This document shows, one piece after another, positions 39,801 through 51,885 of a DNA stretch of 64,000 bases; the first letter of the stretch is position 1, and the number at the start of each line of letters is the position of its first letter. The translations under genes were made by a program, and so were the position numbers. Under the pieces are notes generated by a model that ran no database searches, was not told the DNA's origin, and saw nothing but the letters and a program-made list of their open reading frames with translations. Source of the DNA: Balanoglossus misakiensis (taxonomy: Eukaryota; Animalia; Hemichordata). The stretch spans positions 482,513-546,512 of the forward strand of contig CM082588.2 of NCBI GenBank assembly GCA_040954595.2, given 5' to 3'.

Positions 39801-42800
39801 TCCCTCCATAAATATTTTGTTTTCATTGGATGACTGAACTGTTCGGTCCTCGAATTTGAAGTCCCTACAACATCTGGTTTGAAGGGCTTATGAACAACTA
39901 GTTCCTTTGTTTTTACTTGGCAATCTGTTGGAAGCAGTCACTTGTGATAGGGTTTATTTCAATCTGCTTGTCTTTTCTCAAGTTACTGTTGTTCTTGTCT
40001 GCTGTCACTGATCACTTCTGTGAAGTTTGGTGACCAGAAATGGCAGAGATTTCCCCAGATGGTACAAGAGGTAACGCTTTTGGGCAACTCAGGTTTTCTC
40101 ATCTAAAATGAAAGGCCATGTATGTACATGCAGTCAGCATTCAGATTAGAATTAATTTGTCAACAGTATCTGTTATAATTGACGACAAAACACTGTGTCT
40201 ACTAAGCTCAGGGAATTAATAGAACACGCTGCAGTGGATATACAGTTCTCATAAATGTCTTTGCAGTATGCATGTTGATAACTGATCTGTGGTAATATTC
40301 CAGAATTAATATAACTTCTGTAACAAACGCGTTTGTCCATTTAATGCCTTACCACCAGAGATCTTGAAAGTTAACTTGGACCAGACAAAGGTATTTTAAT
40401 TACCAAAGATAAACAAACTTGATGACAGTGTTTCTCCCCCAAAGGGATCTAAATTTCACCGACCAAGTCTGAAATAAACATAATTCAAGGATTCACCATT
40501 ACTGGGATTCCAAATCTGGCCAAATCGTTGAAATCAGGAAGTCTGGAAGCTCAGTTACCAAGGTTACACAAATAAACAGAATCCCAAGAGAGAGAGTGGT
40601 GTGTTGATAGGTTATGGACTTGGACATGAATTGGTATTCTAACCTTGTATTGAGTATTTTCAACTTCCCAGTAGGTCTAAGATACAATCAATAAAGTACC
40701 AGGTAATATTTCACTTGTGGTGTGATCAAGGCACATGGTTGAAATTTTCACTCATCTGTTTTAATCACATGTGTCGTTGTACGTATAGTAGAAATGCTAG
40801 TAAAATACATGTAAATGTGAAATTAACACAAAGGGTTTATATGCTCATCAAAGTCATGTAAAAATCCAAGACTTTCCAAGAGTTTCTCCAGTGGTCTTAT
40901 ACTGAAACCCAACAAAAACAGGCAGACGTATCGCTTGGAATTTTTCAAGTTATCCGAGAACCATCAATTTTTGCCTCCCCAACATGTCCTCATCATAATA
41001 CAAAGCTAAAGGTCGCAGTAACCTTGAAAGGGACTCATATCATCTTCATGCGATCTTTGATCCATTATTATATTACATAGCACATGTAATTGGATGGTTA
41101 TGTATCACTGTCAGACTTTCATATAGGTACATTCCTGTCAAGTCACCACTAAAGCATCTCACATATTCTTCTCTTGTGCATAACTCCAGAATGTTAATTA
41201 TATTGATATTCTACTGTCCACAAAAATTGCATTATATATGATGATCATTATCACTGGTATGTGGGAAAGGTGTAGGTTGTGTTTGTTACCTTTCCTTGAA
41301 GTTAAAATTAAAAAAAAACCTTGGAGATAGCTGCTTATACACCAAATAAGCTAATAAATATTGAGGCCAGAGTCATGTTAGTTTTCACTATTTTTAAGCA
41401 TCTTGTCTTCTTCATTATCTAGTACGTCTTCTGTCCATCACCCATGCTCTCTCTCTCTCTCCCACTTACAAACTACCCCAGTGTTACCTAACTACCCATC
41501 TATCTATCTGTTGCATTTATCTCTGTCTGTCTGACTGACTAGATAGTTGTTACAGTCCCTAAGGACTATGTGTACCTTACAATCCATGTGCATGTCCGTA
41601 TATATCTTGCTGTTGGACAACCGTACATGAATTTCGCCTGTCAATCCATGTTATGCAATTTTAAAACAGTTCCATCACAAAAAAGACAGAAATGTTTTGT
41701 TTTATTGAATGTGTATAATAAATGTACCTGGATTGCAAAGCAGTAAGGCAACTGCATGCAATCAAACGCTCCATAATGGTCAGTTTTAGAGCATTAGCAT
41801 TTTAGAAAATTGGACACAAATGTGATGAGAATTTGATGACACACTTGAGAGTGATCCTAACCAAGGTCAAGCTAGTCATGTGATCTCTCAGCTCTCCTCA
41901 CAACCACTGCCATCAGTGTCCAATCCCCATCAATTCATAAGCCAGTATTTGTGTCATTTTAATTAACAGATGACATAAGCGTTGCTTGGTGACAGTTCAG
42001 GTCTCCAAGGCAACAAGGGATATGGTTTGAGTGAAACATGTCATTTCTGTAGACAGCTTCAAAAGATATGCTATTACTCATTCCAAGGTCTTCTGCCTGT
42101 TTATGTCAGTGCTCCTGTCGGCATTAATGTTGCTGTCTATTTTCCCAGAGATGACAAGAGTCTGGCAAATTACACAATCTTCTTCTGTCTTCTTCTTCTT
42201 CATCTTCTTCCATATCTTTGATTCCCGAATCAGCAGAAATGATATCCTCATAAATGTAAATGGATACACCCATCTGAATGCTGAGAATATTAAATAAGAC
42301 CATTGTTGCCATTATCATTGATACTGCAGCAAACTAAAGTCTGTAGTGCATATGAAATGTATGTGAAAACCAGGACACCATCATCATGATTGAATAATGT
42401 GGATGTTTTGAATTGTCCACAGCTATGATTGAGATAATCTGATATCAGACATTTTATAGTTTCCTCATGTACAGTCATAACTGTTTATCCTTCCAAATAG
42501 GTCTGCCACCTGTAGATCACTATTATATATCCTAACAGCTTTTGTAAAATTTGAAATCTCCATGGCTTTTCCAGATAGTTAGTTATATATGTTTGTGTTT
42601 TCTGTTTCAGTCCGTCATAAAAATGGGAGGATTTCGAAGTCTAGGAGAAGGTGAAGCTGTTGAATTCAAGTATAAGAAATCGCAGAAGGGCTGGGAAGCC
42701 CTCTCAGTCACAGGACCTGAAGGTGCTGATTGCCAAGGAAGCAAGAGACGACCCAGACCAAAATATCGGCGGAGAGTTAATAGGTATGTATTACTTTATT

Positions 42801-45674
42801 GTTTTTTCTTTGTCATAAATGGTTTGGAAGTTCAAAATCTGGGGTCATCCCACATGCATCACACAAAATAGTTGCTGCATCAAGAAGAAAAAATAAGAGA
42901 AAGAAAATGTGCTCCTCGTAATTCATCTTTTTACACTGTCTCAATTTTATCACCGTGATCACCATGGAAATTCCTTATTTTAAAGCAGTGCAAGAAAGTG
43001 ACACCCATTCACCCATGGACAGTCATCGTCACGGTGACCTGTGAAATCCACTTCAGCCATACTTGTGTGTGCATTGTTGCTTAGTAACAGAATTGAAAGC
43101 ACTTTCATGTATCATTGATAACCATTGGACCGCCATCTTGCCTTCTATGCAAAACACACTTGAGGAAAATGAGATTGAACTTAAAAGCTGAAACATGCAG
43201 CCGTGAATTTGGGACACAACGTTAGCAAGCCATATCCAATTAATGCACAGAAATGACTTGGGTTTTGTGTAAGGTAGATATCAGGTAGTTTCATTTGATT
43301 TATATAGAATGGTTGATGCTGTATATCACAGCCACAGCTGACCCATTAAGCTCTTTGATGAAAGTGGCCTTGTATAAGATTGATTAAGAAATACTTTGCC
43401 CATATTTCCTAGTCACAAGGTGTAAAGGCCAGCTGTTCTATTTATATACACTGGAGATTGTATTGCTGGGTATTGCAGACTCCTCGCATCACACAGATAT
43501 GATGCTTCAGCTCCTTGATGACAGTGACTGTCAAATATTTATATTATTGACCAAATTGTAAGTTTTGTCTCTGCTATTCAGCTGTTGTTGGGTGTGGTTA
43601 ATAAAATTGTCCGAACAGGATCAGGTGAATATGTAGATCACTGTCAAGCACGCGTTGGCCAACCAGTTCAGTCTTGAGGAGTTGAGTTGGCCGGAGTTCA
43701 TCTCCAGAAGTGGGTCAGGTTTTCATGCAGGCATTGAGCCAGAAGGGTGTGTGTGTATCTCAGATACCCAGTGATATACATCAACCCAGATAACTCTCAG
43801 AAGTCAGTGACCTGTGTGACCAAAACTCAGGTCAGGAACACAAATAAATGTGCCCCCCCCCCCCCATAGTTGCAAAAAGTTGACAAACAAAAAGTATATA
43901 CACCTTGCTTTTGCACCAAGTTTTAGTCAGTCAGCTCCTTACTGGTGAAGTTTATCCCAATTCAAATAAGAGAAAATGCTGTCAATATTAACTCTGCACA
44001 GCTTTTGCAGTGACTTCTCGTTGTAAAATGGCAGTCATTGCATGCCTGGTGTGTACTTGTTACCACATTCGAACGCTAGCCAATTGGTACCTCAATAAAG
44101 ACACGCACAGCATTCATGTATATATCCATTGATTCATGTCCTTATCAGCGATACGATCTGGGTTTCCCTTCTAGTGTACCAAAAAAGGTCAACCTGCCAA
44201 GGAAATTAGTCTCAGTCAAGGTTAGTTGAGAGCTGTCCAGAGACATGTGTGCATATGTGAATATCAGATAAAGCAATTTAGATTCAAGTTCAGATTGTCT
44301 ATAATATCTACATGTTACTACATGTATTATAAAATCTTCCAAAGAAACATATATCTATAATTGTACTCTTTAAAGATGACCCATGTAACAATCATGATAA
44401 TTGGCTATCCTTCCATATTTTGTTAGTTAGCTCGAGTACCGGTAAATTTATCAGAATCATTTCAATGTAGAATTCCTAACACTCAAACTATCAGATTTGT
44501 CTGGTTTGTTTTATTGAGTAACATCCATCATTTCTTAGCTTTGGAGGGAGTGAGTTTCGAACATGTGGCTGAGTTGTAGCTATAGGCTTTAGTCCGTATA
44601 TTTGCAGACATGAATTTGTTGAGGCAGAAAAACAGAGCCAAGGCAGATGCGGAGCACTATTACAATGCACATATTTGATTGGCAATGCATCCATGAGTGA
44701 ATATTTGATGGAGTGACTGCTCTGTAATTTGATTGCAGACAGTTATTCTGTGAATACGACACACACACTTACAGAGAGATATCACACAAAGGGCCAGCTT
44801 GGTGCGGAACTAATAAGAGAACAAAATTTCCATGGGCAAGGCTGAAGGATCATCTTTGACAAGTTTCGCATGTCAAGGTCATGGATACCAATCTGTGATT
44901 TGTCAAACCTATCAAGCAGAATCTCTTTGATGTTGCATGTCTCCCTTTACACCTGTATTACCATGACGACCATGGCAGGGTGAGGGTAGGCAAATGTCAA
45001 TCAGTGTCTGGTATTCATGGTTCCAATCAGAATTGAAGTACGTCAGCCACGTTTTTGAAGCACAGGATAATCAGCTTGCTTCAAAATAGTCTTTAATCAG
45101 GCAAATTTTGAAATGTTTCAAAACTTTATGTTTTGAAATACATATTGAAATGGAATGAAATCAAGTTTTCGTTTGAAATTCCCAAAGCAGGCTTTTTTAT
45201 GTGCAGGCACATTTAAACCTCAGATAGGTTTCAGCTTTCCTTGCATTGTCTACTTTATTACAATTTTCATAATTTACATCTGAGTCACCACTTTTTGACT
45301 TAATGATTAGATACGTATGCTTCATATGTGATTTTTGTGGACCGTAACTCAGTAGTCGACATCTTGTGTTGACATGGAATTTGTCTGTTTTGGTTCTTTT
45401 CAGGTGCTACAATTGTGGTGAGATGGGGCACCATGCAAAGAACTGTTCTTTACCTCCACAGAAAAAGAAATGTCACCAATGTGGATCAGAAGAACATCTA
45501 GTCGCTGACTGTCCACTGAAGGAGGACAAAAAGAAAAAATCGAAAGCCAAACCTAATGGCAATAGTAATGAAAATCAGGGACAGGCAGATTCAGATGATA
45601 TTACCCAGGGAGCTAGCGCAGAAGTAGAAGAGACACCACAAACAAATGGACACAGTACACCACCAGCGACATAA
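24704..45674 (+). CDS. lin-28: Lin-28 homolog (CSD + 2 CCHC zinc knuckles), spliced CDS join(24704..24852,42611..42783,45404..45674), 5' partial (first exon upstream)
   Basis: Joined translation: (D)[49 protein letters not shown]|[58 protein letters not shown]|[45 protein letters not shown]...PPAT*. GT-AG introns in phases 1, 0 and 2 lie at the positions known from vertebrate LIN28A/B (after FVHQ and within the Arg before CYNC). Confidence 0.97.
36856..38536. mobile_element. degenerate TTAA-flanked DNA transposon remnant (Kolobok-like)
   Basis: Left end TTAAAGCCCCATGAGCT and right end AGCTCTGGGCCTTTAA form an imperfect inverted repeat; no coding capacity inside. Confidence 0.35.
39404..39552 (+). 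mobile_element. possible Helentron-associated (HINE/DINE-1-like) fragment
   Basis: T-run followed by ggtcccc, then a (CTGT)n/GTCC microsatellite, then the aaacttgg motif; this layout is typical of HINEs. Confidence 0.3.
42611..42783 (+). CDS. lin-28: lin-28 coding exon: C-terminal half of the CSD and basic linker
   Basis: Acceptor tgtttcag at 42610; [25 protein letters not shown] is the Lin28 signature; donor AG|GTATGT at 42784. Confidence 0.96.
45404..45674 (+). CDS. lin-28: lin-28 last coding exon: two CX2CX4HX4C zinc knuckles and C-terminal tail
   Basis: Acceptor ttcttttcag at 45403; [14 protein letters not shown] and [14 protein letters not shown]; stop TAA at 45672-45674. Confidence 0.96.
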
Positions 45675-45680
45675 CATCTG

Positions 45681-45718
45681 CCAACCAACCAACCAACCAA
45701 CCAACCAACCAACCAACC
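45681..45718. repeat. (CCAA)n microsatellite immediately after the lin-28 stop codon
   Basis: Read directly. Confidence 0.9.
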
Positions 45719-46175
45719 CATCCATTCGTACCGACATCGACCATCCACTGCTAGCTTTTTTGTGTTTTCATGTGCACATGGACACTCAACAGTTATGGCT
45801 GCTCCAGCACATCGCCTTGATAGGATCTCCACGGCAACACCAAGCATCCATCTTGGTTCTGGTTGACTTGAACCGCCATTCTGGGACACTCACATGGCAT
45901 CATTCGAACTGATATTGGACTTTTATCAAAATAGCCGCCACCATCAACCACCACCATCATCAACCAACACCAGTCACGTAGGTCACCATCATCTACTCGC
46001 TTCTTTCACCAATCAGATGTGTAATTAATTTATGAATCAGGTGATGTTTGAGTGTGCAAATCATGGCTACTTTTTCTACAGATTTTATTTGGACCTCGTG
46101 GACTGGTAATGTTTCCTTCTTGTGTTATTTTCTGACTGTCAGCTGTTGGGAGTGACATGTCACTATCATCCAACA

Positions 46176-46182
46176 CTCAGGG
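46176..46182 (+). promoter_or_regulatory. miR-125/lin-4 7mer-m8 site (CTCAGGG)
   Basis: Complement of the seed CCCUGAG, ~500 nt after the stop codon. Confidence 0.6.
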
Positions 46183-48154
46183 CCAATCACCGAGTGATGC
46201 TCAAACCCAAGTCATCACCCTGTTCCATCTTCAAGTCACACATAAGTTGATAGGTTAATGTATATTTCTTTGAAGAATTTTGTTATTGTTGTTGAAGTTA
46301 GAATTTATATTTAGACAGTGATTATGCTGACGTTTTTCAGCCATAAGTTATTCTCCATGATGTATCCTTAACCTACAGAGATTTGAAAAGTTATTTAAAA
46401 ATGACAAAATTTTGACAGATATTGGATTTTTTCTGCGTTTCAGGAGCTGCATATTATATCAGCATGTCACACTTGTGTGTCTAGAGGGCGCCATGCATAT
46501 ATCCACCAAAAACGCAACACTGCTATGTTGTTAATGGTGCTAGATTGATAATCCATACTAATTATTTTTTCTATTTCCATTGTAGTACTTAATTCATCAT
46601 ATATCATAAATAGAAATGTTAAAATGAAAAGGAGGGCCCTGTTATTGCATTGACAGGTTTTTTTCTGTGCATATCACAAGCTTGAATTTTGACTTTTAGA
46701 AAATATGGTACCAATTTGCTTATTTGACAAATTTCAAAAATATTTATACAGTTACAGAGTAAACCTTTCTGAATGAAATACAGACTCTGTACTGAACATA
46801 GTGTGACAGCCAATATAATGCTGACTGAAGTTTCTTCGTCTGAAATGACCTCTTTGGCAAGATCAAATTCTGGCTGGATCCTAGGCCAAATTTTTCAAAT
46901 GCTGTTGTATACACGTTTACTGCAAATGCATGATTGAAGTCACTGAGTCTGTATGTTTCAAAACAGAGCACTGATTGGTTCAATCGCTTGTACTGTTTTA
47001 CTTCACCCAATGAAATACAGTGTTGTATTTTCTGATAGTAGTTGTTCAAGTCAAAAGGACAACTATCTGATTCTACATAATCCACCTCTTTAAAAAAAAA
47101 CAGATTTGATATTGTACAGTGAGCTAGTTTAATTCACAGACAAATTTCATGGTTATGTAATTGACATGATCGGATACAGTTTAAAATCATCATAAAAATG
47201 TTACATATGCAAAATTTAGGTCCTCTATCTAGACTTTAGGGATTCATGTGCAAATATTGACTGTTTTGTTCTTCACTGCCCATTTGGTCCATATAAACAC
47301 CTTCAAACTCCTTCCCACCTATATCATTTAAGGAAATGTTTTGAAGGGCTTAATTCATTTGATCATTCATGTAGATTCATCTTGTTGTATCTTTAATAGT
47401 CAAGACACCTGTCCAGTTGAAACACCAAGATATTTTGAACACAGAAGACAAATTTTGCTTATTCTGTTAACAGCATTGTATTTTACAATGTTTTGTGCAA
47501 TCTTGGAGTCACCAGAGACTCTTTATCGTATCTTGACTCTGTACGGAAAACATCTTTTTTCAACAGTTATTTATTGTGCTGGTATTTCGTTTTATAGGCA
47601 GCAGTCAATAACTTTATTTCAATTCACATTAACCCCTAATTCCTGTGTAAAGTTTCCACTGTGGCTGTTTGTCTTGTATCACTTGTACATCACACATCTA
47701 CTCATATTACTTTAAACTCCATGAGCTTTTGTAGCAACAAATAGGGGCCACCCCAATTGAGCTGCTACATTGTAACAAATCATCAAGCCTTACAAAGTTA
47801 TGATAAAAGTTAAACCACTTTTTATCACAATGGAATCACACAAAAAATCATGGTTTTAAAAGTTCTTGTCAACATCCAATTTGCAGATACCACCTTGTAA
47901 TTGAAGGCTGAACAGGGGATAAATAAACTTGTTTACTTTGTCTTTTAAGGATGAAGACTTTGAAATTTTGTGGTTGTCACAACTTTATTATCTGAAAATA
48001 TAGTTTTTGGTCACCCAGACTGCAAGTGGACTGTTGGTGGTTCACTGATCTTGACGTCATTGTTTACTTGATTGTTGTCAAGGAAACACCACGGTTCACA
48101 TGGATACGCTGCAGTCAAGCAGAGGTCATACTTCAACTGGTCACACCATGGCAG

Positions 48155-48315
48155 TTAAAGGTATACAGTCACCTCTACATGCCCTTATATGGTTAAGAGG
48201 GCATGCCTAAGTCTTTTTTGCATGGCCAACCACTGAAAATCTGCGAATGGCTGGACTTCAACTTGCCATGGTAACTGATGTGGCTAAATTTGCGTAGGTG
48301 TCTGTATACCTTTAA
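48155..48315. mobile_element. MITE with TTAA target-site duplication (Kolobok/piggyBac-like non-autonomous element)
   Basis: TTAA-AGGTATACAGTCACCT ... AGGTGTCTGTATACCT-TTAA: 16-bp TIR with one mismatch, flanked by TTAA. Confidence 0.75.
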
Positions 48316-50313
48316 GTGGACTTCACATAGTTAACCTCCATACATGCATCATGTTAACACTTTAGTATTAAACTGCACATTTCAATTCCATCAGCATTCA
48401 TGGTCTGCATATCTGTAATACTAAAGATGCATTGAAAAATATCATACACCACCACTGCACTGACAGCACCTTCATGACCAGATGAAATAGATTCCCAATC
48501 AACTAGTTTTCCAAAGTGTTCAACTGGCTTATTAATAATCCTTAAACTGGGCAGGCAACAATGGAGTGACACAAGACAAAAGCGAGAATATATAATTTGA
48601 GAATCAAACCAGCCTTGTTCAAGATTATTGATATCATCATGAATTTGAACAGGGCACATTTTTGTGAGAAGCGTGGCCAGCTGCTAGTTATCTTCAATTT
48701 GACCCGTTTTAGGAAAGAGATTACTATTTTTTATCTCTGCATGAAGATTGGTTTTAATATGATGAGTTAGCCATGCGCTGATGGTAATGAACAATGAAGA
48801 TTCTGTCGCGTTAAACCCTGTCTAATAGCGCGGCTGACCTTCGATGAGGTGTAATCTGGGCTGTTTATGTGCAGTAGAACATCTATTACTGCAGTCAGAG
48901 TGTCAATTTGGTTGCTGAAATTAGCAGCAAAATAGCTCTTTTGATAGCGTTGGTGACATTGAGTCCATGAGGGGAATAATGATTCTGTCGGACTTGACAA
49001 CCGATCTGTGTTACAGTCACGGAATAATGTAATGATTTGGAATTTGTCTGAGAGTCCATCATGTACCATATCCTATCTTTGACATTGTCTGGCAATTCTT
49101 AAGTGGCAGCTTACCAGACGGAAAAGAAACCAATTAGGGGTGTCAATGTTGACAATCTTCTTTGAAAATACAGTGAAAAATGGAATAAAAGTTGTCGGAT
49201 GAAACCCAGTTGATTGTAAAAAGACACAACTTTAGAAAGGTGACATTTATGGCATGTGAGAAGGAAACAACCAGTATTGACACTGTAGTGGTCTTTTGGA
49301 AGTCGTGTGGTTGGAAATTTTGAAACTATTGTCATTTACACAATCCAGATCCTGCTAACATTATCTTATATTTTCACAATGCCTAGCCTTATAATTTCAC
49401 ACACTGTTGCTATCGGCCAATATTTTGTCAGGTAGTACTTTTAACTTACTAATATTTTTCATTGTTAGTATTACTGCAACTGGCATCTCCTTACGCTGCT
49501 GTCAATACTGCTGCAGTTGATGTGGACCTATAGCAGCTGCAATGGGGGAGGTGGTCGCTTTACTTGGCCACTATGTACCACTACCAGCTGATATAGCTCT
49601 AGCCAATACTGCCTTACTATGCTACCCAGTGGCCAATATCTGGGCGGGATAATTATTGCCTTTTTCAGCTGCGATTTGCCAACACATACTTCCCTTCTCC
49701 TGCTGGATTTTGTCTCTTTACATCGATCGCTACTGATTGTTATTTCAATCCACTTTCTAACACTTGATAGTATCAGCATTTCCACAAGATGCTGCCATAC
49801 CTAACTACTGATTACTGCTGGTTTGGCCAGTACTTGCGTAAACAAAAAGTCTTAACCAGCAGTAACTAGCTTAAACTTCAACAGATGAGAATGACAAGGC
49901 AAAATTCTGTTTTACCACTGTACACATGTCTGTTAACCCAGCTTTAATCATTCCTAGCTTTAACTATTAAATATAATTTACCATGTATTTGATGTTGTTG
50001 CGCTATTTTTGATTTTGTTTTAAGCTTAATGTTTCTATATGATTATTTCATATGTTAGCAAATGCATGCATGTTATGTATTTCACAGCTTCTGTTATATT
50101 TTCTTTTTTTATTCAGCAAATCCCTCTGTACTAGTACAGCATTGATGATTTCTGTATTTGATTGTTGTAGTTTTATTGTGCAGTGGTGGAGCATTGTCAT
50201 TTTTATTTAGCAAAGCTTTTGATTTTTTATGCTAATCGTTATATCAATCATGCTATCTTTTTTGCAGTTGTATCTTATTTAGTTTCACTGGAAGAGACAA
50301 TTTTGTAGGCTGA

Positions 50314-50321
50314 TCTCAGGG
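50314..50321 (+). promoter_or_regulatory. miR-125/lin-4 site (TCTCAGGG)
   Basis: Seed match extended to miRNA position 9. Confidence 0.55.
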
Positions 50322-50970
50322 TACATGACTGTGTTTTCTGTTTGGCTGTGGTTGGAATTGGAATTGGATATTTCGCTTTACACTCTTGTTGTTCGGGCTC
50401 TTCTGTTCTTCAGTTTGCATGCACAGTAAAACTGAACCCTGTCTAATCTGGAAATTATACCTGTCAATGCTGAACACCTTTTACATAGAACCACATAAAC
50501 CTTTATAAACTGGACATCTCTTCATGAACAGTATCTGAAGTCACTTTGGTGTCCAGTTTAGACATGGGTTTTACCATATTAAGACAGAAAGTATATCTAT
50601 ATTGGGGTGAAGTGATTCATTGTATGTGTGCATGCATAGGGAACATGAGATTGGCCAGCCGCAATTCTGGAGAGTTGGGCACAATTCATCCAAGTTGTGC
50701 CGGTGTTAATTGAACCAATATTCCCATGACTGATGCAATTATCTGTTTTTTTGTCAACCAGGAAGAGAACTGAGATATGTACCTCTTAGACAAATCTTAA
50801 AGCAGCTGGATATACAAGTAACTTTCCTTTGACACACTCACCCCCTCCCACCCCCAAAATAACATCACCCAATTATACATGTGTCTGTCCAACAAGAGTG
50901 TATGCATGCAGTCAGCTCAATTCCAACCCTATAACTGAAGTCGATATGGAAACACAGCATGTCAATTTTA

Positions 50971-50978
50971 CTCAGGGA
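50971..50978 (+). promoter_or_regulatory. miR-125/lin-4 8mer site (CTCAGGGA)
   Basis: Perfect 8mer in an AU-rich context. Confidence 0.6.
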
Positions 50979-51501
50979 TCTTCTGTTGTGAGAGTGTATA
51001 GTATCTACTTTGTCCTGCATACTGTATCCCCTTTATTTTTTTTGCTTAGTTTTATGTTGTCATTTTCATTGTATTTTTGTTGCGTAGCTTTCAGACTGTG
51101 CATCGGTATCTTTACAAGTGAATGACGCACTGCAGTTTGTTTGCTGCCATAGTGGATCGATATGGGTTAGCAAACATATAAATCTAGATTTGTTTGTAGT
51201 ACATGTATTGCTTTCCAGAATTTTATTTGTTTTGCATTTTTGAAAGAATATTTATACCAGTCTCACCCCTAAAATCATTTTTATGTTTGAGATTCTTGGC
51301 AAATGTTATTGCTACTATATACAAAGTGTTATCATTAAAATAGCTTCTATTAATTACTGTGTCCGAAAATGGTATCAACAGCATAAATCCATCACAACTA
51401 CATGACTTTTTACCACAGGTAAGTAAAACATGCGTGCACCAGTCAATCCAATATTTTAAAAACATGAAAATGGACAGTAAAGAATGATAGAAGAAATGAA
51501 A

Positions 51502-51537
51502 GAATGAATGAATAAATGAATGAATGAATGAATGAAT
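51502..51537. repeat. (GAAT)n microsatellite
   Basis: Read directly. Confidence 0.85.
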
Positions 51538-51885
51538 GCTCTACATTTACCCTTATGACAAAAAGTATGTTAGTAATATAAATCCGTTTACATATATGTG
51601 CAAGTGGAACGCTTGTTCAAATGTTAGCAGACTCCACGGGTCATCATCTCTGTGGACTCTGTATGTCTGTTTGGATCATCTATTGCAAGGATTGAGTCAA
51701 TTCAAGGTAAGTAAGGGAAGGGATGGGGTGCTTGATAAACCCCTTCACACACTTAAATATGGCAAAGAATTTAAATGTTTATAGGACTATCACTTCTCTG
51801 AAATTCTGTCCCTCAATCACATTAGTTCAGTGTCTAAAAATAAATGCGCATAGGAATCAACCTTACCAGATAATTCTGATAGGTC

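Larger units (their letters stand above)
45675..51350 (+). other. lin-28: probable long lin-28 3' UTR (end uncertain)
   Basis: Follows the stop codon; AT/U-rich with no meaningful ORFs; miR-125 sites; candidate poly(A) signals AATAAA 47922, 49184, 51511, 51839 and ATTAAA 51334. Confidence 0.55.

Noticed and set aside
24853-42610. Intronic let-7/miR-125/miR-100 genes
   Set aside because: I found no mature sequence on either strand by eye.
51640-51712. Strong donor AAG|GTAAGT before the satellite
   Set aside because: No supported upstream acceptor or meaningful reading frame.
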